This document shows positions 18,001 to 28,072 of a stretch of 64,000 nucleotides of DNA, one piece after another. The translations under genes and the position numbers were made by a program. Source of the DNA: a virus; the IMG/VR virus record IMGVR_UViG_3300021376_000045, positions 4,396 through 68,395 of that record; one strand, given 5' to 3'. The notes below the pieces were generated by a model. The model ran no database searches. It was not told the DNA's origin and was given only the letters and a program-made list of their open reading frames with translations. Each line of letters opens with the position of its first letter. Positions within the stretch are counted from its first letter, which is position 1.

Positions 18001-18534
18001 TTATAAAAACCAGACCGGTGTATCCCTTTTTTTCCAATGTGCAAAGGAACGCTTATCCCCTTTATAGTAATTACGATAGCTTTCTACTGAGTCAGTAGTT
18101 TTGTAATGATCAGGCATTGCTGGAGGGGGATCTGAAAGCCATCCTAGTATAGGTATGTTGTTAGGTAGTTTGGCAAACCAGGGCTTCATTCTTTCCGTAG
18201 AGTGTGGTTTGTCATACCTGAAAGAATATTCTTTTAACATTTCTTGCCAAAGAGAATATAGCCAAAGATAGTGAGAGGAAGAACTTCTAACCCAGAGACC
18301 TGAAGGATGCTTAAAGTGTGAAGCTTTCCAAATTATATTCTCTCTCTCGTCAGGTAATAACCATCGTTGAATATTTCTGTTATTGATAGTTTTACCGTAA
18401 TAAGGGGCACCGTCTAGTACCCGGTGGGCAGTGGACATTAGTTGACCGTATTCCAAAACCATTTTAACAACATGCTTATCAACATGTTGTCTGGCACAAT
18501 CCGCAGGGTTATTACTTAAATAAAATATATTCAT
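18001..18534 (-). CDS. pyrimidine-dimer DNA glycosylase-like protein
   Basis: MNIFYL..DKHVVKM.LEY.Q.LST pattern, HPS..W, YRNYY. Confidence 0.75.
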   Translation of the reverse strand: MNIFYLSNNPADCARQHVDKHVVKMVLEYGQLMSTAHRVLDGAPYYGKTINNRNIQRWLLPDERENIIWKASHFKHPSGLWVRSSSSHYLWLYSLWQEMLKEYSFRYDKPHSTERMKPWFAKLPNNIPILGWLSDPPPAMPDHYKTTDSVESYRNYYKGDKRSFAHWKKRDTPVWFL

Positions 18535-18719
18535 TAAACAGTTTTAAAGATAGGAAGATCAATAGCATATACATCAAATGCTATCATATCTTCTTTATTA
18601 TCTTCTATAACTTTAGTTTTAGCAAGCTCCAGTTTTTCATCTGTACTGAAGATACCTACATTTAATGTTTTTTTAGTGCGCCCAAGCTTATCTAAAATTC
18701 TATACTCAAGATTATACAT
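18534..18719 (-). CDS. hypothetical protein
   Basis: Translationally coupled ORF. Confidence 0.55.
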   Translation of the reverse strand: MYNLEYRILDKLGRTKKTLNVGIFSTDEKLELAKTKVIEDNKEDMIAFDVYAIDLPIFKTV

Positions 18720-18996
18720 TATTTACTTTTCCTAGAGTTGTCTCACCAGTAATTTTTTCGTACATTCGTTCAAATTCTTCATTGTCAGCAACTTCTCTAG
18801 AAAAATTTTGCTTATGGTATGTCTTAACTAATTTACGAAAAGTCTTTTTATTAAGTTCCATTTCTTCACAAACTTTATTAATAGACTTTTTAATATAATC
18901 CCGCTCTTCGTCTATACGAGAAAGGCTAGCAGAAAGTTCATCTAAAACTTTTTTAATTGAACGATTAAATTCAGGGTCTTTTTCCCATCTCATCAT
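18712..18996 (-). CDS. T4 DsbA-like dsDNA-binding protein
   Basis: RIDEERDYIK..KKTFRKLVKTYHKQNF. Confidence 0.6.
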   Translation of the reverse strand: MMRWEKDPEFNRSIKKVLDELSASLSRIDEERDYIKKSINKVCEEMELNKKTFRKLVKTYHKQNFSREVADNEEFERMYEKITGETTLGKVNNV

Positions 18997-19000
18997 AAAC

Positions 19001-19354
19001 TTATCTCCTCATATGTGATAATTCTTCTGCATCGGCTTCTTTAAAAACCGGAACTAAATTAGACTTATGCATAGTAGCAATACCTAGCAAAGCATCGCCA
19101 GTATATACATTTCTATTAGCAGAGGTAGTAACTGCACCCTTAGTACCTGAATCTCGGCTAGGATAATTTACCGTTTCCCGTCTATAAGGTTTAATAACCT
19201 CTACCGGGCTTTTATCTTTACCTGTAAGAGTTTGCTTAGATTTACCGGTAGGTTTAATTCCGTGTTTTTTACACCACTCGGCATATTGATCACGCTCGGC
19301 TTTAGACTTAAGCTGAGGTTTGACTTTAGATTTAGTACTGTAGTAAATTAGCAT
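19001..19354 (-). CDS. hypothetical protein
   Basis: YTGD.LLGIATMHKSNLVPVF; follows an early promoter. Confidence 0.65.
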   Translation of the reverse strand: MLIYYSTKSKVKPQLKSKAERDQYAEWCKKHGIKPTGKSKQTLTGKDKSPVEVIKPYRRETVNYPSRDSGTKGAVTTSANRNVYTGDALLGIATMHKSNLVPVFKEADAEELSHMRR

Positions 19355-19376
19355 AATATAACACCCTTTCACATTT

Positions 19377-19417
19377 ATTATATACTACAACTCAAAGTAA
19401 ATCAAGTTTACGTTACT
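19377..19417 (-). promoter_or_regulatory. sigma70-like promoter with AGTAACGTAA upstream box
   Basis: TTGATT-17-TATAAT. Confidence 0.7.
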
Positions 19418-19851
19418 ACTTCCAATGGAGGCAAAGTACCTGGAAAGGCAGCACGTACAATATCTTCTTTAATAGTTTTATATTTTTTAGTTAGCTTTCT
19501 GTCTTTAGCTAACACTAAAACTTCTGCTTCCGAGACATGCAGGCTCTCTAACAGCTCGATAAAAAGAGATTCTTTTTTAAGTTTAGGGAGGTTTGTTTTA
19601 GGATCTAGCCAAATATAAAACCGGCGATATTCCGTAACCAAATTTGATTCTTGATAACCAATTGGCTTATCCCATTCTTTCTTATAAGGGGGTTCCCCTT
19701 CAGGTAAATTCATAATAACATTAGGATCAAAATTGATTCGAAGAACTGCTTTAAGGACCGGTGAGGTGTGTTTGGTAAGTACCTTAATTTTTTCTTCTTT
19801 TGTTTTAGCCTTATCGGCCTGGTCAAGTATTTCTGAGAGTAGTAAATACAT
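19408..19851 (-). CDS. conserved T4-like hypothetical protein
   Basis: LPEGEPPY, ESLFIELLESLH..EA; typical neighbour of rnh. Confidence 0.7.
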   Translation of the reverse strand: MYLLLSEILDQADKAKTKEEKIKVLTKHTSPVLKAVLRINFDPNVIMNLPEGEPPYKKEWDKPIGYQESNLVTEYRRFYIWLDPKTNLPKLKKESLFIELLESLHVSEAEVLVLAKDRKLTKKYKTIKEDIVRAAFPGTLPPLEVVT

Positions 19852-20735
19852 TAGAATTCCTCAATATGTTCAATCATTTGTTTTAGTCTATTATCTATAA
19901 AATAATTAAGAAGCTGACTTTTATCTTTAACTGGATAATTTGTAAAAATATTTATAATATTTTCTTGTATGTCTTTAGGAATCATAGTCAGATCAATTAA
20001 CAATTTATTTCTATAATAATTTCTTAAAAATGTAGAATTAGTAGGTAAACTATCAATACCCTTAGTCCATTCTGCTAATTTTTTAGAAGAGATAGATTTC
20101 TGTCTTTCTCCGTTCACTATGGCATCGTCAGCCGTAAGAACGTTAGGAATACCGTCTCCTTTATCCCCCTTAATAATATGTTCTAAAACATACTGCTGGG
20201 CGGTTGTATCTGGTTTTAAAAATTTCTTAGTTACCGGTGAATACTGTTTTACATGTTTAAAGCTTTGAAGCTGTATAAAATCATGATCACCGGATATAAT
20301 AAGAACCGGGTTAGGTTCCGAAATAAGCGTGCCTTCTTTTATATCATTTTCTTCCGACCAGAAAACTAAAGAGGCAATAATATCATCAGCTTCTGCTCCT
20401 TCAACATCAATAACCCTGTAAGGAAAGAACGTGCTTAGCTCTTTCTTTATCATATTAATGGTATCAAAAATTAAAGCCCAGTCAAACCCGGAATCCTCTC
20501 TTACCTTTTTTCTATTTGCTTTATAGTATGGAAACTCTTTTTTACGCCAATACTTTCTATTATCACAGGCAATTACAACCTCACCATATTCTTTAGAAAA
20601 TTTTACTTTATGACTACGAATGGTATTAATAACCATATGGCGAAGTAAATTAGGATCTATTTCAATATCTTTTCTCGTCCCTATCTCCGCCATTAAGTTG
20701 GAAATTATAGTCTGTGAATAGTCAATAATTATCAC
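19851..20735 (-). CDS. rnh: RNase H / 5'-3' exonuclease
   Basis: YWRK..FPYYKANRK, EADDII, SGDHDFIQL, GDKGDGIPN. Confidence 0.92.
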   Translation of the reverse strand: MIIIDYSQTIISNLMAEIGTRKDIEIDPNLLRHMVINTIRSHKVKFSKEYGEVVIACDNRKYWRKKEFPYYKANRKKVREDSGFDWALIFDTINMIKKELSTFFPYRVIDVEGAEADDIIASLVFWSEENDIKEGTLISEPNPVLIISGDHDFIQLQSFKHVKQYSPVTKKFLKPDTTAQQYVLEHIIKGDKGDGIPNVLTADDAIVNGERQKSISSKKLAEWTKGIDSLPTNSTFLRNYYRNKLLIDLTMIPKDIQENIINIFTNYPVKDKSQLLNYFIDNRLKQMIEHIEEF

Positions 20736-21814
20736 TTTAGGGCTCTAATAATTAAACACTCTTCATTAATCCTACCGTTAACAGGTGAATCTTTAGTAGA
20801 AAGTTCCCCTATAAGTTTACGTAGAGGTATCTTTCCTAACGTAAGAACTTGTTTGAGAATAGTATCTGGCTTTCTAAGTGTTTTTTGTTCACAAAGGTCA
20901 GGGTCATAGTTTTGCAATGATGAGTTTTTTACCTGTATACCTGTAACGGAATCAGTGCGGTATACGGAAAGCTTTTTATTTTTTGTATTGTATACCCAGA
21001 CCTGTGATGATCCAATTATATCGGTAGGTACAATGGATTTAATACTTAATGATGTATCTTCTTTTTTGTACTTTAACTTTTCCACCTGCTGGGCAGGAGA
21101 TTTCGTTTTTTTAGCTTTAGGTTTACGATTAGCTTTTTTAAACTGAGCGTACCGTTCTAAATCTTCTAACCACGCACTAGTAGTTTTAATTAGCTGGGTA
21201 ATTTTACGTTTACCTAGATTAGAATAACCTTCTTTAATCTGATCATCCGCACTGGAATAAACCTCAATGTAAAGACCTGCTTTTTGTTTTATCCAGGTAT
21301 CAATGTACGGACAATATTGAACAGGAATATGACGGTATTGTAGATCTTTGTAAAGATCAAACTCTTTGTCACCTGTAATAATTTCATCTATTACCCCTTC
21401 TAGTTCCCCTATGTATTCTTGAATTTTTTCTTCCATAAAGTCTCTTACGGAAGGTCTTACAACCCTTTCTTCAATTTTTTTTTCAGGTAACTCTGGCTTA
21501 CGAGTTAAAATTTTTTTAATATAATTGTTTAAATTATTCTGATGCTTCTCAGAAAGTACTGTTCCATTGCTTACCATTCTAGCAACCCAGCCCCAGGTAT
21601 TAATAATTTCACTATCTGAAGCCCGGTCTAATATTTTACCGGCGTCTTTATTAACGGTGTGAGTAATAAAGTGACGTAAATAAGATCGCGCGTCTTTTTT
21701 TTCTTTCTCTTGATTGTACCAATTAAATGCTATAGCCAGCCTGGAATTATAGTCTTCTAGAGAGCAAGAAAATGGGCCCGGTTCAGGACCGTAAGGCAAA
21801 ATTACTCTACTCAT
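20732..21814 (-). CDS. conserved T4-like hypothetical protein
   Basis: 360 aa; WVYNTKNKKL, KTLRKP, NGRINE. Confidence 0.7.
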   Translation of the reverse strand: MSRVILPYGPEPGPFSCSLEDYNSRLAIAFNWYNQEKEKKDARSYLRHFITHTVNKDAGKILDRASDSEIINTWGWVARMVSNGTVLSEKHQNNLNNYIKKILTRKPELPEKKIEERVVRPSVRDFMEEKIQEYIGELEGVIDEIITGDKEFDLYKDLQYRHIPVQYCPYIDTWIKQKAGLYIEVYSSADDQIKEGYSNLGKRKITQLIKTTSAWLEDLERYAQFKKANRKPKAKKTKSPAQQVEKLKYKKEDTSLSIKSIVPTDIIGSSQVWVYNTKNKKLSVYRTDSVTGIQVKNSSLQNYDPDLCEQKTLRKPDTILKQVLTLGKIPLRKLIGELSTKDSPVNGRINEECLIIRALK

Positions 21815-21815
21815 A

Positions 21816-22100
21816 TTAAAAACTCACTCTGATAAGTGAATCAAATCTAAACGAGCGCCACTCCTGTTTGTCTAAATCAAAAACCGGGCACGTCTCTTCA
21901 TTCACCGTTTTTACTTTGTCTGTTTTCTTTTCATAATTTTGAGTTAGCTCTGATTTTAACGTACAGATCATTTTACGCTCGGTACCGTCTTTTTTAGTAA
22001 AATAGACCGTAACAGGGCCGTAGACAAGATGGCTTTTTAACCATTTACGAAAAATATCCTTCTCACTTTCTGACCAATCTTTATAACGTGTGTGTTCCAT
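21816..22100 (-). CDS. WYL_2/SH3-like beta-barrel protein
   Basis: FTKKDGTERKM.CTL..VFDLDKQEWRSFRFD. Confidence 0.75.
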   Translation of the reverse strand: MEHTRYKDWSESEKDIFRKWLKSHLVYGPVTVYFTKKDGTERKMICTLKSELTQNYEKKTDKVKTVNEETCPVFDLDKQEWRSFRFDSLIRVSF

Positions 22101-22269
22101 TATCTACCTCAAGTTCAATGTCGGCATCTTCCCAGCCGTGTTTCCACGCCTCATAGCGACAGGTTTCAAAATCTAAAAAAAAGGGATTTACAAACAGATC
22201 ACACATACGAGCATCCCACCCCTGGGTATAAGTTTGCTCGTAAACATTGTCTACTTGAAATAACCTCAT
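22081..22269 (-). CDS. hypothetical protein
   Basis: Start at 22269, directly after a promoter. Confidence 0.55.
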   Translation of the reverse strand: MRLFQVDNVYEQTYTQGWDARMCDLFVNPFFLDFETCRYEAWKHGWEDADIELEVDNGTHTL

Positions 22270-22275
22270 ATAACT

Positions 22276-22304
22276 ATTATAGCTCAAACCAAGCTGTTAA
22301 TCAA
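22276..22304 (-). promoter_or_regulatory. sigma70-like promoter
   Basis: TTGATT-17-TATAAT. Confidence 0.7.
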
Positions 22305-22307
22305 GCG

Positions 22308-23246
22308 TTACTTTCTAAACACTTTATCTAATATTTCTTTTGGTATAGAGTGGATACGAGAACGCTCTATATTTACGTTACTATTTTTTGTAATGCGGCG
22401 ATAGAGCTCTTTACTCCAGCTTTCTTTTTCTTTAACCGGAGGCAACGGTTCTTCAGTACGCATACGAATTCCGTCTTCTTGAGTCATATCAATTACAACG
22501 TCCTCACCTGAATCAACTATATATTCTTCACCTGATTCTGTTTTTATTGTAACTTTTTGTGAGGGTGGTTTAACATTTTTAAAATTATAAAATGAAATAT
22601 TAGCAGCTATAAGAAGTAAAATGGCTAGAGGATCAAATACAAATATAAGGGTAATAATCACCCATCTAACTGCTTTATTCATTAAAGCGTCATCAGACTC
22701 ACCGTAAATAAATTCTGTAATATATTTTAGCGGTCCTACCTCGGCGTCTAATTTATTTTTACTTTGTAGCAGGGGGGCTTTTTGCTGTAACACTTCTTTA
22801 AGCTCGTTTTGAGCTTGAGTAATCTCTCTACCAATTCGATTATTAACCGTGGTAGTTTTATCATCTTGTTTAAGTAAAAAATCAATTTTTTGTTTTAAAA
22901 TTACTTCTCGCTGCTCTAATATTTTAAGTTCAATATTTGTGGTACCGGCATTAGTAGTTTGTTCAATGTGTGCTTTAGAAAGGTAACCAAAAATACCCAT
23001 TGATGTAATAAGTGATAGAATAACTACGGCTACGATAAAATAATATTTTATAGTTTTCGGGGCTACATCCCAAAAACGATACAACCAGGATGCCGTAACC
23101 AGTTTAGCAGCTTCCAATACCGACCCCATTACAGCAATTGCAATAGGTACTGAAGAAAAAATAGCTATCAAACCTACAATAGAAAAATACGCTGCTACTG
23201 CAGAAATAGCAAGCGCTGTAAAAAGAGTAAGTAAAGCAAATATCAT
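22308..23246 (-). CDS. multi-TM coiled-coil membrane protein
   Basis: N-terminal TMs, TSMGIFGYLSKAH, EVGPLKY, FVFDPLA. Confidence 0.7.
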   Translation of the reverse strand: MIFALLTLFTALAISAVAAYFSIVGLIAIFSSVPIAIAVMGSVLEAAKLVTASWLYRFWDVAPKTIKYYFIVAVVILSLITSMGIFGYLSKAHIEQTTNAGTTNIELKILEQREVILKQKIDFLLKQDDKTTTVNNRIGREITQAQNELKEVLQQKAPLLQSKNKLDAEVGPLKYITEFIYGESDDALMNKAVRWVIITLIFVFDPLAILLLIAANISFYNFKNVKPPSQKVTIKTESGEEYIVDSGEDVVIDMTQEDGIRMRTEEPLPPVKEKESWSKELYRRITKNSNVNIERSRIHSIPKEILDKVFRK

Positions 23247-23641
23247 AGCTTTATATGTGAACTAGTTACTTTAATTTGTATCCAGTTATTATACCATTTT
23301 TCTTTGTTTTCTAACACCCCTCTGGTAAATTGCTCTTTAGCTTCTAGGTAATTAGTTGTACCTTTATTTACGCACAGGTGTAATATTTCTCTAGTAAAAC
23401 TTTCATATCCTAAAGTATCCACTTCTAATTTTAGCTCATCAGAAGAAGACCAGTATTCTCGCCAGTCTGACTCTACCTTGTAGCGCCGTCTTACCTTCTT
23501 AACTTGTTTACGTTTGCTTGACCAGAAAAACTTTTTACCAATATACTGCCTCCCGTTTATTTTATTTGTAATGAGGTAAACAAAACCGTAAAAAGAACCA
23601 GGATCTGTATAAGGCTCACCATTATAAATCCAATCATTCAT
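23243..23641 (-). CDS. GIY-YIG family endonuclease
   Basis: GFVYLITNKINGRQYIGKK. Confidence 0.8.
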   Translation of the reverse strand: MNDWIYNGEPYTDPGSFYGFVYLITNKINGRQYIGKKFFWSSKRKQVKKVRRRYKVESDWREYWSSSDELKLEVDTLGYESFTREILHLCVNKGTTNYLEAKEQFTRGVLENKEKWYNNWIQIKVTSSHIKL

Positions 23642-23780
23642 AATCTTCTAAATCGTCCTTTTCCTCCGAAATTTCAAATCCACAAAAAGGACAAAACATT
23701 ACTTCATAATATGACTCGTCAAGATTATACTTTACTTTAAAATCAGCATCGCAGCTTTCACATTGAAAGGATTTCTGCAT
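23634..23780 (-). CDS. small zinc-ribbon protein
   Basis: Not in the ORF track. CESC..CPFCG, 48 aa. Confidence 0.65.
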   Translation of the reverse strand: MQKSFQCESCDADFKVKYNLDESYYEVMFCPFCGFEISEEKDDLEDYE

Positions 23781-23787
23781 TATAGTC

Positions 23788-24231
23788 CTAATTAATTAGT
23801 AATTTTTCTGCTTCGGCATCTACTACTCTCTGTCTTAATTCCGTAGTAGAAAATGTGTGTTCGCGTTTATTAAAATAAAACTTAATACCTCTGGTAATAC
23901 ATTCCTGTCTACCTGTAAATGATTTGTTTTCGTACTCATCACCTAATATTCTTAAATCTATAGGGTACGACATTAATATATCAATTAAATCTTTTTCTGT
24001 AGCATATACTATTATTTCATCGACAAACTTACAAGCCTGTAGTTGAACATATCGTTCAAAAATACTTTGTACTGGCTTATTTTTTTCTTTACGATCTAAA
24101 GTAGGGTCTGTTTGTAACCCTACAATTAAATAATCTACTTGAGCTTTAGCTTCCTTAAGCATAATTATATGACCGGCGTGAAACAGGTCAAAGGTGCTAC
24201 ATGTAAATCCAACTTTCATTTCATTCTTCAT
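23788..24231 (-). CDS. TagD-like cytidylyltransferase
   Basis: TFDLFHAGH, STTELR. Confidence 0.85.
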   Translation of the reverse strand: MKNEMKVGFTCSTFDLFHAGHIIMLKEAKAQVDYLIVGLQTDPTLDRKEKNKPVQSIFERYVQLQACKFVDEIIVYATEKDLIDILMSYPIDLRILGDEYENKSFTGRQECITRGIKFYFNKREHTFSTTELRQRVVDAEAEKLLIN

Positions 24232-24632
24232 ACTTGATCAACCTCCACACCGCTCAGAGTAAGAAAATTTACCCCGCTATTATCTCTATAGGGGGTTCTA
24301 TAAAATAATTTTTTTATACCTGCTCCAAATATAAGTTTAGCACACTCAATACAAGGAGAATGTGTAACAAACATTGTGGCATTTTCCCCTGCTTCCGTTG
24401 AGCGCGCTAATTTAGCTATTGCGTTAGCTTCAGCGTGAATTACCTCTGGTTTAGTTTTATTATCTTCATCTTCACATTTATTATCCCAACCAGAGGGGGT
24501 ACCGTTATAGCCTATACTAATAACGCGACTGTCTTTTACTATAATAGCACCGACCTGTAAGCGTTTGGCGTAGGATAAACGCGCATATGTTTCTGCTACA
24601 GCCATATGCGCTTGAACCATTCTACTGTTCAT
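24228..24632 (-). CDS. dCMP deaminase
   Basis: GYNGTP, HAEANA, PCIEC. Confidence 0.92.
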   Translation of the reverse strand: MNSRMVQAHMAVAETYARLSYAKRLQVGAIIVKDSRVISIGYNGTPSGWDNKCEDEDNKTKPEVIHAEANAIAKLARSTEAGENATMFVTHSPCIECAKLIFGAGIKKLFYRTPYRDNSGVNFLTLSGVEVDQV

Positions 24633-24740
24633 AATTAATGAAACTGTTCTTCCTCTGTTGAACCTCTCATTGCAGACGTAGAAGCCTCTTGCTCAATTTG
24701 TTCTGCTTGCCATTCTTTTTGTTTCTGCATTTTTACCCCA

Positions 24741-25730
24741 TTAAGCTGCTTTACCCCAAACATCGGTCCAATCCCCAGACAGTGCTCCTTTAGCATAATC
24801 TGTGGCCCTATTTTCAAAAAAGTTTGTATGTGTAGGGGCGTTAATCATTTCCTCTACCCATGGTAGAGGATTCTTCTTACGTTTAAATATACCCTTTAAA
24901 CCCAAACTAATTAGTCTTCTATCAGCAATATATCTAATGTATTCTTTTACCTCTTCTTCTTTTAACCCTTCGATTCCCCCAGTGCTGAAAGATAGTGAAA
25001 TAAACTTATCTTCAAGATCCACCATCTTCTCCGCAATCGTGTAAATTTGTGATTTAAGCTCGTCATTCCATATTTCCTTATTTTCTTCTATGTAATTACG
25101 AAATAATTTTATCATTGATTCACAGTGCTGGGTCTCATCAACAATTGACCAGGTAACAATTTGTCCCATCCCTTTCATTTTTCCATGCCGTGCGAAATTT
25201 AACAGCATGATGAAAGAGGAAAACAACTGCATGCCTTCGGTAAAAGCAGAAAACACCGCAATGTGGGTAGCTGTATTTTCTTTAGTTGTATTTTTTTGTG
25301 ATATATTCATAACGTAATCATGCTTTTGTCTCATGGCCTCATACTCTAAAAACTGATTATAAGTGGTTTCTGGCAAACCCAGTGTTTCAATTAAATGAGA
25401 ATAAGCAGCAACGTGAAGTGCTTCTCTTGCAGCAAAGCCAAGAAGCATCATACGAACCTCTGGCTGTGGAAAATATGGTAAATAATTTTTTACATACCCC
25501 CCGGCAACATCAATATCCCCTTGGGTAAAAAATCTAAAAATATGAGTAAGGAAATTGCGTTCCTTATCGTTTAATTTTTTCTTCCAATCTTTTACGTCCT
25601 CTAACATCGGGACTTCAGTATGAAGCCAATGAGATTGTTCGTGTTTTAACCATGCTTCATATGCCCATGGATACGAAAACGGTTTAAAATGTGTTCTGTC
25701 TTCTGTTAAATCATACTTTTTCTTTGACAT
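24741..25730 (-). CDS. nrdB: ribonucleotide reductase class I beta subunit
   Basis: EALHVAAY, EGMQLFSSF, DETQH, NFFE. Confidence 0.95.
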   Translation of the reverse strand: MSKKKYDLTEDRTHFKPFSYPWAYEAWLKHEQSHWLHTEVPMLEDVKDWKKKLNDKERNFLTHIFRFFTQGDIDVAGGYVKNYLPYFPQPEVRMMLLGFAAREALHVAAYSHLIETLGLPETTYNQFLEYEAMRQKHDYVMNISQKNTTKENTATHIAVFSAFTEGMQLFSSFIMLLNFARHGKMKGMGQIVTWSIVDETQHCESMIKLFRNYIEENKEIWNDELKSQIYTIAEKMVDLEDKFISLSFSTGGIEGLKEEEVKEYIRYIADRRLISLGLKGIFKRKKNPLPWVEEMINAPTHTNFFENRATDYAKGALSGDWTDVWGKAA

Positions 25731-25862
25731 TTATCTTCCTCGACCTGTTACTTTTTTTATTGGTTTTTGAACAAATGTAGGTCTCTTTGGTGCCTGTTTG
25801 TGTTTGGAAGGCACAAAAGATGGTGTTTGTTGTGGTTTTTGTGGTTGCTTTTTCTGTTCCAT
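25731..25862 (-). CDS. small basic hypothetical protein
   Basis: MEQKKQPQKPQQ..VTGRGR; exactly fills the nrdA-nrdB gap. Confidence 0.45.
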   Translation of the reverse strand: MEQKKQPQKPQQTPSFVPSKHKQAPKRPTFVQKPIKKVTGRGR

Positions 25863-25863
25863 A

Positions 25864-27660
25864 TCATCCCTCGCATGCTAGACAAGTATCGCCTTCTACT
25901 AGCGCTTTCATATCTAGTTCTTTAATTACTTCTCTTTCGATTTTCTTTGCTACTTTATCTGCCTTACCTATTTTTTCACTACGACAGTAATAAAGTGTTT
26001 TTAATCCTAACTTCCACGCCATAAAATGAACCACGTGTAAGTACTTTACGTTTACGTCGGGTCTAAAAAAGAGGTTAACGGATTGCGCTTGGTCAATGTG
26101 ATGTTGTCTGTCAGCTGCGTGCTCCACGATCCATCGCTGGTCAATTTCCATACTCGTTTTGAATACATCTTTTTGCCAGTCATCGAGGATGTCGAGATGT
26201 TGTACTGATCCGTCGTTAGCAATAATACTTGACCAGATTTCATTGTACTCCAATTTTGAATCGGCATCACATTTCTCCTTAATTATTTTATCTAGGTACC
26301 GGTTTTTATTCAGGTGAGCACCTGATAAAGTGTCCTGGCGATAAGCATTGGCACGATAAGGTTCAATAGAAGGACTAGTATTGCCCATGATAATGGAAGA
26401 AGAAGCATTGGGAGCAATAGCCATAAGATGACTAAACCTAAGCCCAGTACCCTTAGCATCAAGAGCCTCGCCTCTTTCCAATCCAAGCTGTCTATTAGCC
26501 TCATTTAACCTTTCCCTTATGTGTTTGAAGATTCTGTTGTTTGCAGACTTTGCAAGAGCGGACTCAAAAGCAAGATTATTCCTTTGTAAATAAGCATGGA
26601 AGCCAAGAGCACCCACACCAATAGAGCGCTCACGAATTGCACTATATTTGGCCCGGTCAACGTGTATAGGAGCATTATCGATAAAGTACTGAAGTACGTT
26701 ATCAAGCATTTCTGCCATGTCTCGCAGAAAAAGTTTGTCATTTTTCCAATCATCAAAGTACTCCAAGTTAACAGAAGACAAGCAACATACAGCAGTGCGC
26801 TCTCTATCTGTAGGTAAAATAATCTCACTACAAAGATTAGATTGTTTAATTGAAAGACCTAATTTTTTTTGAAACTCTGGCATTGCTCTATTACTAGTAT
26901 CAATAAAATGAAGATAGGGCTCCCCCGTCTGCATTCTAATATCGAGTATACGTTGCCATAGCTCTCTTGCAGAAACGATCTCTCTTGTTTCCCCGGTATG
27001 CGGGTCTTTTAAATGCCAGTCGTCATTAGCATGAGAGTCTTGCATACACTTTTCAATAACCTGCATAAAATCATCGGTAATATTAATACCGTGATGCAGA
27101 TTTAATGTTCTCATATTAGGATCACCTGTTGGTTTCCTCATCTCTAAAAATATAAGTATATCAGGGTGGCTGATATCAAGATAAGCAGCGTAACTGCCAC
27201 GTCTGGTGCGGCCTTGCCGGTAAGCAAGACTAGAAGCATCATAAGTCCGAAGGTGAGGCATAACACCAACAGATTTGTCGTCAGCCGAACGAATTCCAAT
27301 ACCGATTCCAACTCCCCCTCCTAACATTGAAAGCCAGTTAACCTCAGAAAGGGTATTCACTAATCCTTCAGCTGAATCGTCAAGATAGGGTAAAAAACAT
27401 GAAATGGGCAAGCCGCGCTTGGAGCGGCCAAATGATAAAATGGGAGTAGAGTATGATAGCCAGTGCTTGGATGAATAATCATACAGACGCTGGGCGTGTT
27501 CTGAGTTGCTGGAAAAAGCTTTAGAAACGTAAGCTAACCTTTCTTGTGGTGACTGCTCATCTTCTCTCATATAAGATTCTTTTAATCTTTTCTTACCTAA
27601 CTCGTCAAATAAAGAATCTTGAGAAAAGTTTACCTCTATACCGTGCACTAGGTCGGTCAT
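25864..27660 (-). CDS. nrdA: ribonucleotide reductase class I alpha subunit (no ATP cone)
   Basis: ISCF, SNLCSEI, APNASSS, TLYY, C-terminal CLACEG. Confidence 0.95.
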   Translation of the reverse strand: MTDLVHGIEVNFSQDSLFDELGKKRLKESYMREDEQSPQERLAYVSKAFSSNSEHAQRLYDYSSKHWLSYSTPILSFGRSKRGLPISCFLPYLDDSAEGLVNTLSEVNWLSMLGGGVGIGIGIRSADDKSVGVMPHLRTYDASSLAYRQGRTRRGSYAAYLDISHPDILIFLEMRKPTGDPNMRTLNLHHGINITDDFMQVIEKCMQDSHANDDWHLKDPHTGETREIVSARELWQRILDIRMQTGEPYLHFIDTSNRAMPEFQKKLGLSIKQSNLCSEIILPTDRERTAVCCLSSVNLEYFDDWKNDKLFLRDMAEMLDNVLQYFIDNAPIHVDRAKYSAIRERSIGVGALGFHAYLQRNNLAFESALAKSANNRIFKHIRERLNEANRQLGLERGEALDAKGTGLRFSHLMAIAPNASSSIIMGNTSPSIEPYRANAYRQDTLSGAHLNKNRYLDKIIKEKCDADSKLEYNEIWSSIIANDGSVQHLDILDDWQKDVFKTSMEIDQRWIVEHAADRQHHIDQAQSVNLFFRPDVNVKYLHVVHFMAWKLGLKTLYYCRSEKIGKADKVAKKIEREVIKELDMKALVEGDTCLACEG

Positions 27661-27685
27661 TTATACTGCTCCAGTTTAATTTTTT

Positions 27686-28072
27686 TTATTTTTTATCTTT
27701 ATTACTATCTGTATTCACAGGCTCATAATAATTTTTGTACTTAAGTAAAATAGTGCGTTGTGTGTTTATAAAATTTCTTAATTCTGCTATTGTTAACGCT
27801 AACTCTTCATACCCCTCATCTGTTAAACTAAACAATACCGTATCAACATTTTGTTCCTTCAAAGACTTCCATACCGCTTCACTATTCTCCGGAGTAATAA
27901 TAATCCATTTAGGTGCAGATACTTTTGGTACCGATGGGTCTGTTAAATTTAAACGAGTTCTTTCAACTGCTTGTTTTTTTATCTCGATTGGTTCAACCCC
28001 TTTCCAACCGAACGACGAACACCCACTAATTAGGGTTGGAATAAGAAGGATTAATAAGTGACGGACATTCAC
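27686..28072 (-). CDS. o-spanin-like lipoprotein
   Basis: Lipobox LISG-C; overlaps the i-spanin end. Start codon uncertain. Confidence 0.65.
   Translation of the reverse strand: MNVRHLLILLIPTLISGCSSFGWKGVEPIEIKKQAVERTRLNLTDPSVPKVSAPKWIIITPENSEAVWKSLKEQNVDTVLFSLTDEGYEELALTIAELRNFINTQRTILLKYKNYYEPVNTDSNKDKK

Noticed and set aside
24635-24817. 60-aa ORF overlapping the nrdB end
   Set aside because: At most a 31-aa peptide from 24730, with no supporting signals.
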